From positions 68,476,606-68,540,605 of the forward strand of contig NC_068986.1 of the NCBI RefSeq assembly GCF_001194135.2: 64,000 nt of DNA, given 5' to 3'. Under the pieces are notes generated by a model. The model saw only the letters and a program-made list of their open reading frames with translations, had not been told where the DNA came from and did no database searches. Within the stretch, counting starts at the first letter, position 1; each line of letters starts with the position of its first letter. The translations under genes and the position numbers were made by a program. This document shows positions 1 to 14,639 of the stretch, piece after piece. This stretch comes from Octopus bimaculoides. Taxonomy: Eukaryota.

Positions 1-141
1 CAACAAAGTGGTGGAGCTATGGTAGCAGTCAGACAGAAGAGACAGCATATCTGAGACCGAGCATAGTTTGTAGTGTGCTGGTGAGTGAATCTCTGTCAAC
101 CCAGTAAATGCCCTCTGTCCCCACTTTTTTCCTTTTCAATA

Positions 142-1279
<1,138 letters not shown>

Positions 1280-1405
1280 AGTTGGGTGACTTGCTCAGAC
1301 CAATACAACTCTTCCACACCAAATGTCTCAATCTTGTATAGTAGTTTTCATATCGCTTTAACTTGATATCTGCTGTTTTCAATAAGTTGATCGATGTATA
1401 CTCAC

Positions 1406-1827
1406 CTTGCTCTGCCAATACTTGTATGTTCATACACAGGTATCCAGAGAAGGAGATCACTGGATATTTCATTCTTTTTGTTTCTAGCAATGTCCTGCTT
1501 AACATGTTCTTTCTCTGATTACCAAGATGTTGGTAGGAAGACTATCTTCTATTTCTAGATCTCTCAGTTGTAAATCCATAATATTGATAAATCAAGTTAT
1601 TTATTTGAAAGTTTATGCTATGAAGATTACAAATAATGTGCAAGTATTATTTGTAATTTCTTTGGAGAACAAAATAAAAAAGAAAGTGTATTCAAGTTAT
1701 GTTTTATGTAACAAATCAGAATATTTCAATATAAATGTTTTTGTGTGTGTGTGTCTTGATGGATGGAAACTGAAAGAAGACCTGCATATGTATGAATGTA
1801 TCTATGTATGCACGTATGTATGTACAG

Positions 1828-1861
<34 letters not shown>

Positions 1862-2066
1862 GTATGTTTGTATGTATGTATGCATGCATGCATGCATGCA
1901 TGTATGTATGTATGTATGTATATGTGCGGATATATATATCATCATCGTTTAACATCCGCTTTCCATGCTAGCATTGATTGGACGATTTGACTGAGGACTG
2001 GTGGAGCCCGAAGGCTACACTAGGCTCCAATCTGATTTGGTAGAGTTTCTACAGCTGGATGCCATT

Positions 2067-2113
<47 letters not shown>

Positions 2114-2119
2114 TTATAT

Positions 2120-2152
<33 letters not shown>

Positions 2153-2671
2153 CGTATGTGTGTGTGTGTGTGTATATATGTATTTATATGCATGTGTTTA
2201 TACATACACACATTATATGGGCGATATTTTCAACCAATACATTCCAACTGTATCTGATTCTTCAAGTGCTTCAACTCATTGTATGTACATTTATTTACTA
2301 GATTGCTGACATTTATTAATGGTTTTTCCCATTGTGTTGATTTTCCATTTTCTATCATTTATAAAACTGTCTGCATTTTTGACGACATGGATATACTAGT
2401 GACATTCAAATATTTTCCCAGAAACTATGGTTTTAAGTGAAAGGTCTAACTCAAGATGTTGAGTTCATCTGTTACCGTATAGCTACGGATGTGATAAATT
2501 TGTTTTGATAATATTTACAACAAATGACAGCCAATACAGTAACTTCATTCCAAAATGTTGCAGCCTTTAAAAAACAAAACACTGAATACCTGTAGTTTTA
2601 AGTTTGTTCTCTGCAGTTATTTCCACCTGTCTCTTCTTTGAGTGCAGGTAAGGCACAATCTTGCTGCTCAT
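1406..2671 (-). CDS. Candidate first two coding exons (2671-2590, 1514-1406) of an unidentified minus-strand gene continuing left of the window
   Basis: ATG at 2671 gives MSSKIVPYLHSKKRQVEITAENKLKTT, then donor CAG|gtattc (phase 1). Exon 1514-1406 is open in the matching phase (EKEHVKQDIARNKKNEISSDLLLWIPVYEHTSIGRA) with donor AAG|gtgagt. No recognisable homology; the acceptor at 1514 is weak. Confidence 0.3.
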
Positions 2672-3145
2672 TAATTGATATTATTCTCATGAAAACAATA
2701 GATAAGCAGCTAGCCAACTTCAAACTAAAAACTGGAAATATTTCTGTGTTCAATGTGAATTATTCTCACTCAAGTATATAGACTTCTATTAATAAATCGG
2801 TTTATAATGGCTATTAAAATCTGATTATAGTTAAAAACTGTCAAGCTAAAAGAAATCTTTGAACATGTGAATGTTACATTTCATGGTTATACTCAAGTTG
2901 TTAAAATCATAAAATAAATGAATAAACTATTGTTTTCTAAATGTCTTTTTAAAAATGAGCTCCAACAGCAGAACAATATTTTAGTCATAAACTGTTAGCA
3001 GAGAAATATCCAGTAAAGAAGTAAATTCTTAATTTTATACTAACAGTGATAAATAAGACTGAAACAGTGATAAATAAGACTCAAATCGTGACAGAATCAA
3101 TTTTGCCTTTTGCTTTTGTGGGATCAAAAAATTATTTCCAACCAT

Positions 3146-3530
3146 TAGGCACAGATGTGGCTATGTGGTAAGAAGTTTGCTTCCCAATGACATGCTTCCA
3201 GGTTCAATCCCACAGCGTGGCACCTTGGGTAAGTGTATTTTATTATAGTCCCTGGGTGACCAAAGCCTTGTGAATGGATTTGGTAGACAGAAACTGAAAG
3301 AAGCCCATCATGTGTGTGTGTGTGTTTGTGTTTGTCCTCCACTACTGATTGACAAGCAGTGTTGGTTTGTTTACATTCCTGTAACTTAGTGGTTTGGCAA
3401 AATAACTGATAGAGTAAATACCTAGCTTAATAAAATAAGTACTGGGGTCAATTATTTGTTTGACTGAACCCTTCAAGATGGTGCTTGGTCATGGCTTCAG
3501 TCTAATGACAGAAAGAAGTAGAAAATGAAA
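3146..3530 (+). mobile_element. SINE family A, diverged copy
   Basis: Head, body and tail align by eye to 54863-55332. Confidence 0.8.
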
Positions 3531-4285
3531 GACAGAACAAAGAAATTTTACCGAGTCCTCTCCTTTAACCCTTTAGCATTTAAACCAGCCATATCTAGCC
3601 CAAATGTTTTACCTGTTTTCTATTCAAGGTATGTTCTTATGTTTTTCAGATAGTTTCCTTAGAATTGGTTGATCTGGTGTCTCGATACTGTAAGGTTTCT
3701 AGTTATAAATTATATGTCAAGGAATTTTGAATTATTGCATGCTAGTTTCACATTCTGTTGGAGGACATATAGGCTTTTTGGAAGCTGTTAAGGTTAGGAA
3801 TTGTTGATAGTTTATGATAAAGCCTTGAGAATGCAAAAAGGAAGTATGTTCTAATTGTAGGTTGTAGAAAATGAGCTATTTTTATTGAGAAGAAAGAAAG
3901 TTTGAGAAAAAGTAATCATTGAGGCAATTCTTAACTGTTAGAGGTAGGGAAAACTTCAATATATGCCAAAAGACAGCAGGAAGCTGGTAATTAGCAAAAA
4001 GTTTACCTAGAATATTTAATAAATTTAACTGAAAGTTTTTCAATAATTAAAATCACAACTTTCCTTTCACAGAACATATCTTGGAGAAAAGACTAATTGT
4101 TTGTAATGTAAATAAATAAACTGCTAATAAATCAATGTTTTCAGAATTTATATTGGATGTCACAAGGGATGGATATACATTGTTCCATACAAAGCTTGAC
4201 ATACAATTTTAATTACTGATGAGTGGTCAGTTCAGTAACTCGTCATTTCATTTACCAAGTAAAACAGTATTATCCATGGAAACTA

Positions 4286-5304
4286 CAGGGTGCAGCAGAA
4301 AGGGTGCCCTGATTTCAAAAGTTAATATAAAACAAACACATGAAGATGCATGAAAAAACTTTGTATTTCTATGAAGTTCATTAAATGCCACTTTTTTTCT
4401 GTTTCAGGTAGTTCCTACCATGGCCTAGAGTGGAGAGCATTGTGTATTTGTTGTTGAAGAGTTTGTTATGAACGGTGAATCCATCATAATGATGCAATGT
4501 TCATTCTGATGACACTTTGCACTTCGTCATCATAATCCTGTACCAGATGGCAAAACAATTCGAGGGTGGGTTACCAATGTTAGACAAACATCATTGGCTT
4601 TAAACAGGAAAAGTCCTGGTCATCCTAGGACCGCTAAAAGGCCTGAAAATGTCATAGCTGTGGTAGCTTCAATGCAGCAGTCTCCCAGATGTTCCACACG
4701 TAAAAGTGCTAAACCTTATATATGTCCGATCAAAGTGTCCACAGAATCTTACACAAGTCTTTCCACATGCATCCCTACAAGATAATGGTTGTACAAGCGT
4801 TAAGTGAGAGGTATTATGAAATCCACACAAATTTGTGTTGAGGCATTCTCCAGACCATCTTCCCAACAGCTGTTCTGGTCTGCAGTGATGAAGCTCACTT
4901 CCATTTATCAGGGATGGTTAATAAACAAAACTTTCAATAACGGTCAGACAACAACCCTCGTTCCCCAGATTTAACCCCGTGTGATTTTTTTCTGTGGGAG
5001 CACCTCAAATCATGAGTGTATCTATACCAGCCAGCAACTGTAGAAGATTTAAAGGCAGCAATAACTCAGGAAATCAATACGATTCCACAAGACCTGGTTC
5101 AAAGGGCTATGGTTAACTTTCAAGAGAGACTTCAAAACTGCATCGACATTGGCAGTCACCACTTAAGTGATACAATTTTTAAAACCACTTGAATAACAAC
5201 AGCATTTAATGTACTTCACAGAAATACAAAGTTTTTTCTTGTATTTTCATGTGTTTGTTTTTTATTAACCTTTGAAATTGGAGCAACCTTTCTGCCACAC
5301 CCTA
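4286..5304 (+). mobile_element. Internally deleted Tc1/mariner-superfamily DNA transposon
   Basis: TA-flanked imperfect TIRs (CAGGGTGCAGCAGAAAGGGTGCCCTGATTTCAAA / revcomp TAGGGTGTGGCAGAAAGGTTGCTCCAATTTCAAA). Decayed N-terminal HTH (VFVVEEF...PVPDGKTIRGWV...SPGHPRTA...QSPRCSTRK) and C-terminal SPDLTPCDFFLW...LKAAITQEI...MVNFQERLQNCI; contains stops. Confidence 0.88.
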
Positions 5305-8028
5305 TAGTATCAGTAAAAAGCAATAGGAATAACTTAAAGAGAAGAATAAATGTTATGCATGAGAAAAAAGAAAAATCTATGATTTGAGCAGAACTTTTTC
5401 TCAGGAAGTGGTAGGGAGATAGAAATTTAAACAAGAGATCAAAGGAGACAGGTTAGAAATTGCTTAGTTGCATTATGTAGCAACAATTTTCCATGTTGAT
5501 AAGAGAATTAATGCAATACTTTATAATAAGATACAGCCTTGCTGTTATTGTTCTCAATAACAACATATACATTTACACAAACATATTTTTGGAATGGATA
5601 AACACTTACCTTCTTGCTGAGATATTGCTATATGTCAATTACTTCCTCTATCTACAACTGAAGTGGTTCTCTTGAATTTCTTGTAATTCAGTAATCAATT
5701 TCCTATGACTTCACACTTGTTTGGTTTGTTTTCATAACAGAACCTTTTCAAAGAAGATCACAAAGCTCAGTTTTCAAAATGTCAATAACAAAAGCACAAT
5801 CTAAAGAGTTTTATTTTCCTTATTGATCACCAATGACAAATTAGCAGAAGTATTCAGCTCAACAACAGCGTTTTAAACATATGGAAACATTCAAATATAT
5901 TTATACTACTCAATGCATTTACAGCTAATTGTAAAAATTATGATATAACAAAGAAAATGAGAAATAATGAACATTTACTAGTAACTGGTTTAGCATCTTA
6001 ACATGTCTATTTCTATTTTGTCAAATGAAGTACAGCTGTTGATATATCAAAAGTTTATGGAAGAGATTATACTATCTTCTTTTATTAACCAGGCCTTATA
6101 GTATTTTATTTACAGACAGAAATACTGTATTAGGGAGTTATAATCACCATTGAGTACATTTTATCTCTTTTTTATGATGTTTACATTTGCTTTTCATGTT
6201 ATCACAGCTGTAATGATGTTTTCCACAGTAAGATATTTGCATATTCTTAGAAGAATTGTCTTAACAGTTGGATACTTTATAACTAACAACTCAGTTCTGG
6301 AATACAAGTGAAGACTGTTGTTAGTCAAACTATGGCAAGCAGAGTTATGTGCCTTTCTCAGAGGTGTATAATAGGTCTACACTTTGATTTAAACCTCAGG
6401 TTTGTTTTTCAATTTAAACATTTCTGGTAAACAATAGATGGAATTTTGGCAGATTGAGTAATAACATCAGCAAATATCTGGCCAATAAAATTACATGTAA
6501 ACAGCTGCCAGATTTTTGAGTAAGGAAGTTATGACAGATCTATTCAATGAGATTTGTTCTAGAACATATTTAAAGAGAATAGGTCTGAAGAGAAAAATAG
6601 AGAATGACAGAGGAAGTCAGGAGCTAAGTGATGTGAGCTGCAAAGCATAATGTTAGGCAAATTCTTGTATTCAGTAGGGGCTCTGCATTTACAACTGTCA
6701 AAATGATGAACTGTAAAGCATAGTGTCTACACTAACACTAGCTCACTCAGCACTTTCACAGGAATATTATTGCATTCCAGTGAACACACTATTACTAGAA
6801 ACAGAACTTCTTGATATTTCTCTATTGTTTTAGCTTGGACTATCATGTCTGATACACACTTTAAACAATAAACACACAATGAATCAAAAATGAGAGATTA
6901 CTTTTTCATTCATCCATTTATCTTATTTTTAAGGGACAATAGTCTCTTATAATTAAATCCAGGGTGTTTCACAACATGATCATGCTGGTAGAGAGAAAGT
7001 AAACTGATGAATGTAGTGGAAATGAGTGACTGTTAAAGATGCTAAATGTAGATGAGCTGTGGGAAGAGGTTTTGCTCTGTTTGGAGTTGCTGGTATTTTA
7101 ATTAAAATGAAACTACAAATTTTCACTGAAAATTTTAATTTATCAATTTCAGATATATATATATATATATATGACACTTCTTATTTACGACCCACCACTG
7201 ATATAGACAGACACAGCTCATACATATCTATCCCTTACGACCTTTAAGATCTCTGTATCTATTCTATTTATCACTTTATCTTCTTCTTCTACATTTAGAT
7301 TGTTCCTCACCACCCTTCACCAACCCATCTAAATAGCTTAGATGTAGCTTACTTGACTATCCAGACTTTCTCTTATTACTTCCTAGATTACCCGCCCCAC
7401 CGATTTGACTCCCTTTATTTTTAATTTTTTTTATTTTTTATTTTATTTTATTTTAGGTTTTATTTTTATTTTNNNNNNNNNNNNNNNNNNNNNNNNNNNN
7501 NNNNNNNNNNNNNNNNNNNNNNNNNNNNNNNNNNNNNNNNNNNNNNNNNNNNNNNNNNNNNNNNNNNNNNNNNNNNNNNNNNNNNNNNNNNNNNNNNNNN
7601 NNNNNNNNNNNNNNNNNNNNNNNNNNNNNNNNNNNNNNNNNNNNNNNNNNNNNNNNNNNNNNNNNNNNNNNNNNNNNNNNNNNNNNNNNNNNNNNNNNNN
7701 NNNNNNNNNNNNNNNNNNNNNNNNNNNNNNNNNNNNNNNNNNNNNNNNNNNNNNNNNNNNNNNNNNNNNNNNNNNNNNNNNNNNNNNNNNNNNNNNNNNN
7801 NNNNNNNNNNNNNNNNNNNNNNNNNNNNNNNNNNNNNNNNNNNNNNNNNNNNNNNNNNNNNNNNNNNNNNNNNNNNNNNNNNNNNNNNNNNNNNNNNNNN
7901 NNNNNNNNNNNNNNNNNNNNNNNNNNNNNNNNNNNNNNNNNNNNNNNNNNNNNNNNNNNNNNNNNNNNNATATATATACACGCACTTATATTTTCCAAAT
8001 TTGTGTAAATGTGTATAAAATAATATAG

Positions 8029-8890
8029 CAGTTGAATAAATTTACATGGTCTGGTTTACACATTTTTTATTATTGTATTGAAAAAATTTTTTTTACAACG
8101 TTGAAGTGTGTTAAACATTAAAAAAATATTTTGTAATGTTCATAAAGTTCAATTAGTGCTTTTATACATTCGTAGTAATCATCAGATTTCAAAATGTATT
8201 GACTAACAGTTGAGTTCTTGACAACTGTAGTAAAATGACTGACTTCTTCTTTTCTATACCTTTTAGAAGGCTCTGACGAACTGAATGTTTCCAATATGGT
8301 TTTGACCAATCAGCATGCAGCTTAAACGTCATAGTTAGCCAGGTGCACCAATATTACTGACATAGATTCAGCCTTTATTTTAACCAGTTAGCTTGTGGTT
8401 TACATGTAATAGTTTTATGAGTGAGCAAACTTAGTTGGTTTCGATCGTTTTTATTCATTCAGTGGGAGTCTTCAGTAATTTGTTTATATTAATATGTTAA
8501 AGATATCTTTTAATCCACATCATTAACTGGTTGTAATATTATTGTTGTTATTTCCTTTCAGAACAAGTCTGAACATTTTAATAAACCATGATGTTTAAGC
8601 TGCATGCTGATTAGTCAAAACCATATTTGAAAATTCACTTTGTCAGAGCCTTCTAAAAGGTACAGAAAGGAAGAAGTCAGTCATTTTACTACAGCTGTCA
8701 AGAACTCAACTGCCAGTGAAATACATCTTGAAGTCTGATGAATACTACGAACATACGAAAGCACTAATTGAACTTTATGAACATAAAATATTTTTTTAAT
8801 GCATAACACACTTCAACATTGTAAAAAAATTTTTTAAATACAATAATAAAAAATGTGAAAACCAGACCATGTTGTAACTTTATTCAACTG
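8029..8890. mobile_element. Foldback/MITE element with ~310 bp terminal inverted repeats
   Basis: 8029-~8340 is the reverse complement of ~8580-8890 (CAGTTGAATAAA...CATGGTCTGGTTT vs AAACCAGACCATG...TTTATTCAACTG); TA-rich flanks. Confidence 0.85.
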
Positions 8891-8989
8891 ATATATAAGG
8901 AAACTATGTGACATAAATTCTTCATTTATTAAAATTATCTCTGCCTCAAGAAGATATATCCTAATTTCCAAATAGCAATTAAAACCAGC

Positions 8990-9470
8990 TCCACTTGAAA
9001 AGAGGAGATAATCTCACAAATTCTCCAGAAATTCTTCAAAGTTCACATGCCATTAAGGAAAAGGACAAGATTATTGCTTGGTGATAAGAGGAGCCATGGA
9101 CATGTGTTTCTGGCTCAACTGATGCCATTAGCACATTTGTCCAACATTAATTCCAGTAGCCAAGTAGACAAAAAAGAGTAGAACACATTTACAGCCGAGG
9201 TAATTTGCATAATTTAAACAAAAATGAGCTAAGAGAAGTAATTCAAGAGTAGCCAGTGGTATGTATTTGAACCACATAGACAAATACAGGTATATCAAAT
9301 ACCACACAACATAAATACTTGATTTATTAAAATTATCTTTATCTCTGCAAGCTGGATCATAATAACCAAAGGGCAATTAAGACCGGCTACAATAAGCTTG
9401 TATGTTTCCTTAATGGTATCAACTTCAGAGAATTCTTGAACTTTGAGATTATCTCCCTTCCTCAATTGGA
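8990..9470. mobile_element. Degenerate inverted-repeat-bounded element (putative MITE)
   Basis: GGAGATAATCTCA...CCATTAAGG (~9005-9060) is mirrored by CCTTAATGG...TGAGATTATCTCC (~9410-9460). Confidence 0.5.
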
Positions 9471-9519
9471 CCTAGTCTTAATTGTTATTTGGTAATTATG
9501 ATACATTCTCTAGTACTCT

Positions 9520-9908
9520 TTCACTTGTTTCAATCATTTGACTGCAGCCAAGCTGGAGCACCGCCTTTAGTCGAGCAAATCGACCCCAGGACTTATTCTT
9601 TGGAAGCCTAGTACTTATTCTATTGGTCTCCTTTGCCGAACCGCTAAGTTATGGGGACGTAAACACATCACCATCGGTTGCTGGGGGGACAAACACAGAT
9701 ACACAAACACACACACACACACATATATATATACATATATATGACGGGCTTCTTTCAGTTTCCATCTACCAAATCCACTCACAAGGCTTTGGTCGGCCCG
9801 AGGCTATAGTAGAAGACACTTGCCCAAGGTGCCATGCAGTGGGAATGAACCCAGAAGCATGTGGTTGGTAAGCAAGCTACTTACCACTCAGCAACTCCTG
9901 CACCTATA
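9520..9908 (-). mobile_element. SINE family A, near full length
   Basis: Reverse complement of the family A consensus, including tail and head. Confidence 0.85.
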
Positions 9909-10436
9909 GTAGTGAAGATAATTTTAATAAAACACAAATATATGTTGTATGGAATTTGTTATACCTGTATTTGTCAATGTTGTCTGAATACATGCCACTG
10001 GCTACTCTGAGTGTTTTTGTTTATAAATATGTAGGTATATATAAACAATATACATGAAATATATATGAAATTAAATGCAATACACATTACTTTTCCAAAT
10101 ATTATTGTCCATGTAACATATTTTAAAATAATCTATGTGTGTGTGTGCATTCTTTTTTCTTTTTTTTTTCATTTTAGTATCTGCTTTTCCCTGCTTACTT
10201 TTGCTGACTCTAACGTTTTGCTGTTCTTCCAAGAAAAGAATAACCTATTTCACATGTCTTTGAAAGCTTTATTCACAGGAAGTTCTCAACAGATGACACC
10301 AATGTCTACAATCCTTCAAATAAATGTAAACAAACTTACTTGCACATGTATGCACACATATATATATAGAGAGTGTGTGTGTGTGTGTATATAATCATCA
10401 TCATTCATTTATTTATTGTTTGTTTCCCATGTTGAT

Positions 10437-10476
<40 letters not shown>

Positions 10477-10932
10477 CACATACATGATAGCCTTTATATA
10501 GTTTCTGTAAACCAAATTCACAAATTCACTTACAAAGAATTGGTCAGCCCTGTGGGTAAGAAGACACTTACCCAAGGTGCCATTCTGTGGGACCCAGTCG
10601 GAAACTACATGGTTGTGAAGCAAACTTCTTAATTACACAGCCATACGCACACACACACACAGAGCCATGCACACAAACACACATATATAAGAAACGACAA
10701 ATGGAGAAGTGATTGAGAGAAAGTGTAAGCATAAAAGAAATAGAATGAGGTGGCAGGGGAGGTTTCGCTGGTTGGGGTTCCATGTGTTTTGATAGAAATG
10801 AAAGAGCAAGATTTTGCTGTAAAAATTTAAAATTCAAAATATATTTTCAAATGAAAAAAATTCAAAACAAAATATGCTAAATGTTCATGGCAGCTCACCC
10901 CACCTCTCTCTCTCTCTTTCTATCTCTCACTC

Positions 10933-10965
<33 letters not shown>

Positions 10966-11299
10966 GGCCCGTAAGTGATATAATTTGTGACAGTGTCAAA
11001 TGACAGAATTATTGAGTCAGAATAAATTGTTATTGAAACAATTTATAGTAACAGTTTTTGTTCCTCTTTTATTCTTTCTTTTTCTGTGTTCACTTGTTTA
11101 TTTTTTGATAAATGTGGAAGTTGTTTTAATAAATATTTTTCTTTTTTAAATAGCAGAAAACAAGAATAGTGTTTAAGGGAACTATCATGTGATTAAATAA
11201 AATGAACAGACAACATTCAACTCAATATCAAAATATTAGAAAAAAAAGTTTCAAACAGAAGTAAGGAAACCACATATTAATTAATTTTATATATTTAAT

Positions 11300-11650
11300 C
11301 TCATGTACGTTTTCACCCACAGCTTCAGGGACTGAGGGGATGAAAAACAGGCTCACAGGTGACAAAGTTAAAGATGGAATAATAGCATCAAGAACGGAGC
11401 AAGGAGAACCTTGGTGAAATGTATGACTGCATCATGCAATGGTAGTGTATAGCAAAGAGTGGTGGTTGTATCTGAAGCCCTTGACTCTTAGCCATGAGAA
11501 TGGGAAAAAGCACCATCATTCACAAAATGGTTAGAGAAGAGGGTTCCAACAGTGGCGTGGCATCAAACTATAATAGTGACAATAAGTCAAGGAGGGGAAT
11601 TCTAGGTGGTACAACTACTTAGACATCCCCTGCATCATTGCACAACGTAA
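11300..11650 (-). mobile_element. Possible decayed LINE 3' fragment (CR1/L2 group)
   Basis: Minus-strand translation remnants such as CFSSPQSLKLW resemble the SFFP..LWN terminal motif; heavily degraded. Confidence 0.3.
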
Positions 11651-12617
11651 CAATAAAATCAAACTTATATTAGAGAGATGGTTTGTTTCTTCTGTAAGGC
11701 ACACATCTCTGTATCACCGGTCTGTTTGAGTTGAGATATTAGGGATTATTTTATAACACATTGATTTATTTTCTCTTGTCACTAAGTCAATTTTTTAATA
11801 AGTAGTTCAGTTTGATATCAAACCATGAAACCCAATCAAGGTTATTAATTATACATATAACATATCACACACAGTTTCCATCTATCAAAATATTTGTCAA
11901 CCTAAAGCTATATCTTTAAGTCATTTGTAATATTTTACTGATACAATAATACATACTTCCAACCAGACACTTTCCCTCTTTGCATCACCCTGGCAGTGTT
12001 CCAACTCCCAGATATCTTCTTAAACACTTTGACCTATTCTTCTTCTCTAAAACTGTATTTATCTGAAATTCCCACTCCATACATATTTATCCTTCAATGA
12101 CTAACCTTCAACAGTTTCAGCCTAAACTATGTTAACCTCACTGAATTAGTGTTTCTGCTTCCCTAGTCCTGACTGGTTTGAGATTATAGGTACTGCCTTT
12201 CTTTCTCAGAATACTGAATAAAAGCAAAGTCACTCATGGAAATAATTTTTTTCGAAATAAAATTTAACCAGCTGTTAACCTTTAGCATTATTATAGTCAC
12301 AAAAGTGATTACTAATATCTTGTCCATCATTTTATTTCTCTCCGTTTACATTTTTTTCAGTTATTTGACAATAGAGATCATTCACCTGTTGGCTCTACCA
12401 AAGTCATACACCTGATTTTTTTGTTTTCAGAACAGATAAAATTAGTCACTCAAAAAGACAGAGAGAACCTGAGATTTAGGTTGTTAACCTAAGATAAATT
12501 TATCAATTGATATCATGCTATTATTATTGTAGGAGAGGAACAAGCATAAGAATAAATAATTTATGAATAAATAATTTATGTATTTAATAAAGAGCATCTA
12601 TCATAATCATCGTCATC

Positions 12618-13340
12618 ATTATCATCATCATAGTTTAATGTCTGTTTTCTATGCTAGGATCGGTTGGACAGTTCGACTGGGGTCTGGGAAGCCAGGAGGC
12701 TGCACAAGGCTCCAGTCTGATCTGGCAGTGTTTCTGCAGCTGGATGCTCTTCCTAACACCAACTACTCCGTGAGTGTAGTGGGTGCTTTTTACGTACCAC
12801 TGGCACCCCTGTGCCAGAGGAGGCTGGCAACAGCCATGATTGGCCGATGCTTTTTACATGCCACCGGCATGGAAGCCAGGCAAAGCGGCGCTGGCATCGG
12901 CCATGTTCAGATGGTGCTTTTTACGTGCCACCAGCATAGGTATCACAACTACAATTTCCATTTGATTTTCATTTTGATGTTGATGCACTTGATTTAATAA
13001 ATCTCCTCAAGCACAGCAAGTCACCCTACGATCCAAGGTACTGTCGAATGGGCTGGGGCTGGTTGTGTGAAACTGGTGCAGGATACAGCTCTGAACTCAC
13101 TTTATTTGCCAGGTCTTCGCAGTCACAGCATATCTCCAGAGGTCTCGATCTTTCGTCATTGCCTCTGTGAGGCCCAACGTTTGAAGGTCATGCTTGACCA
13201 CCTCATCCCATGTCTTCTTGGGTCTACCTCTACTCCAGATTCCTTCAACTGTTTGGGAGTGGCACTTCTTCACACATCTCTCCTCATTCATCCGTAGTAG
13301 ATGACCATACCAGTGCAAACGTCCCTCTTGCACACCACAT
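12618..13340 (-). mobile_element. RTE-clade LINE 3' end: ORF2 C-terminus plus 3' UTR ending in (ATG)n (repeat family C)
   Basis: ORF 13097-13333 RLHWYGHLLRM...GRPKKTWDEVVKHDL...DRDLWR is the typical RTE ORF2 tail. It continues into the family C sequence and the (CAT)n tail at ~12620. Confidence 0.88.
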
Positions 13341-14569
13341 AATAACTTTGATAAAAAGTTTTATAAACATATAAAATGATATTTAAGTCAAATAAATTTA
13401 TCACAAATAAATATGAACTTCTTAGCAAAACCATAAACTTTTCTTTTGAAAACCTTCGTATTCTATATCCAAAACTACAGCATCATCAATGTCATCATTG
13501 CCACTGCTATTGTCAAAGTGTCATCGTCATCATCAGCAGTAGCAGCCAGCCAATAAAAATTCTTTTTATGTAATTGGACTGTTCAATATAACAGCCAAGT
13601 TTGTTCAATAGTCTCCACAATGCCTTGAAGACAAGCAAGGCTGTCACATGACTTTTTGAGGCCTCCTGCGACTTTTTGCTTCAAGACCCCATCTCTTCAA
13701 TCAAAATTCATAATCTATGCACCTTTTATTCAGAGCTATATTTTACTTTATTCTATCTGAAGTTCAATATTTCCCGCTATCCCAAAGAACATCTTTAAAA
13801 GTGCAACAAGTTCAATTTATTTAAGGCTGGAACTATCATATTATTTCATGTTTAGGAAAGCCAACATTTAATAGAGTTGAATATTTATTCAATGGACTCA
13901 CAAATATCGAAAGATAAGCATTTCAAAATAACAACTGTGAAATATAGTTGTCTCAGCTTTTGTATGTGAAGAACTTTATTCAAGAACATTAAAATACAAA
14001 AAAATTTTCAGTCCAAAACAAAAGCAAACTATTTCAAATTATATATTTTTGAAAAATAGACATGAATGTTCTCAAAGACTTGATAAAAAGCTTTTTTTAA
14101 ATTCTATATTTCACTGTTAGCTGTTGCAATATTTCATTTAGATAGACAATTCTACAATTCAAACTGTAAAGTAAAAATACCAAAGATGCAAAATATGAAG
14201 AATTTTTTACCTTTCTCTGAAATCACAGTTTCAAAGGGAAAATAGTACCTGCGAAATAAAATACCTCAATCACAAACTAGTTACAACTGAAGAATTGAGA
14301 TGCTTGGTGACAGTGAGCAAACAATATCTGTATCCCTATATATGTACATCGATAGATAGATACATACTCATACACACACACAAACTTCTGTTTGTGTGTG
14401 TGTGTGTGTGTGTGTGCACGCACATGCGTGCGTGTGTGTATGTAGACATGCTTGCCTTGTTTTTGGTGCAAAAAGAATTTTGTCTCCAGTTTATATTGCC
14501 TTAGGAGGTCAAAGGCCACCGTTCTTGGTACAAAGTGACCAGCTTTTCAATAATGTCAAATAACAACGC

Positions 14570-14616
<47 letters not shown>

Positions 14617-14639
14617 GATAAGAAAATGGAAAGGATACA

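Noticed and set aside
1-135. Open frame ending in a + strand donor-like CTG|gtgagt near 80
   Set aside because: Truncated by the window edge, no recognisable homology, and no downstream + strand exons found.
9128-9376. Hydrophobic 82 aa ORF
   Set aside because: It lies inside an inverted-repeat-bounded element, has no splice or homology support, and AT-rich DNA yields such ORFs by chance.
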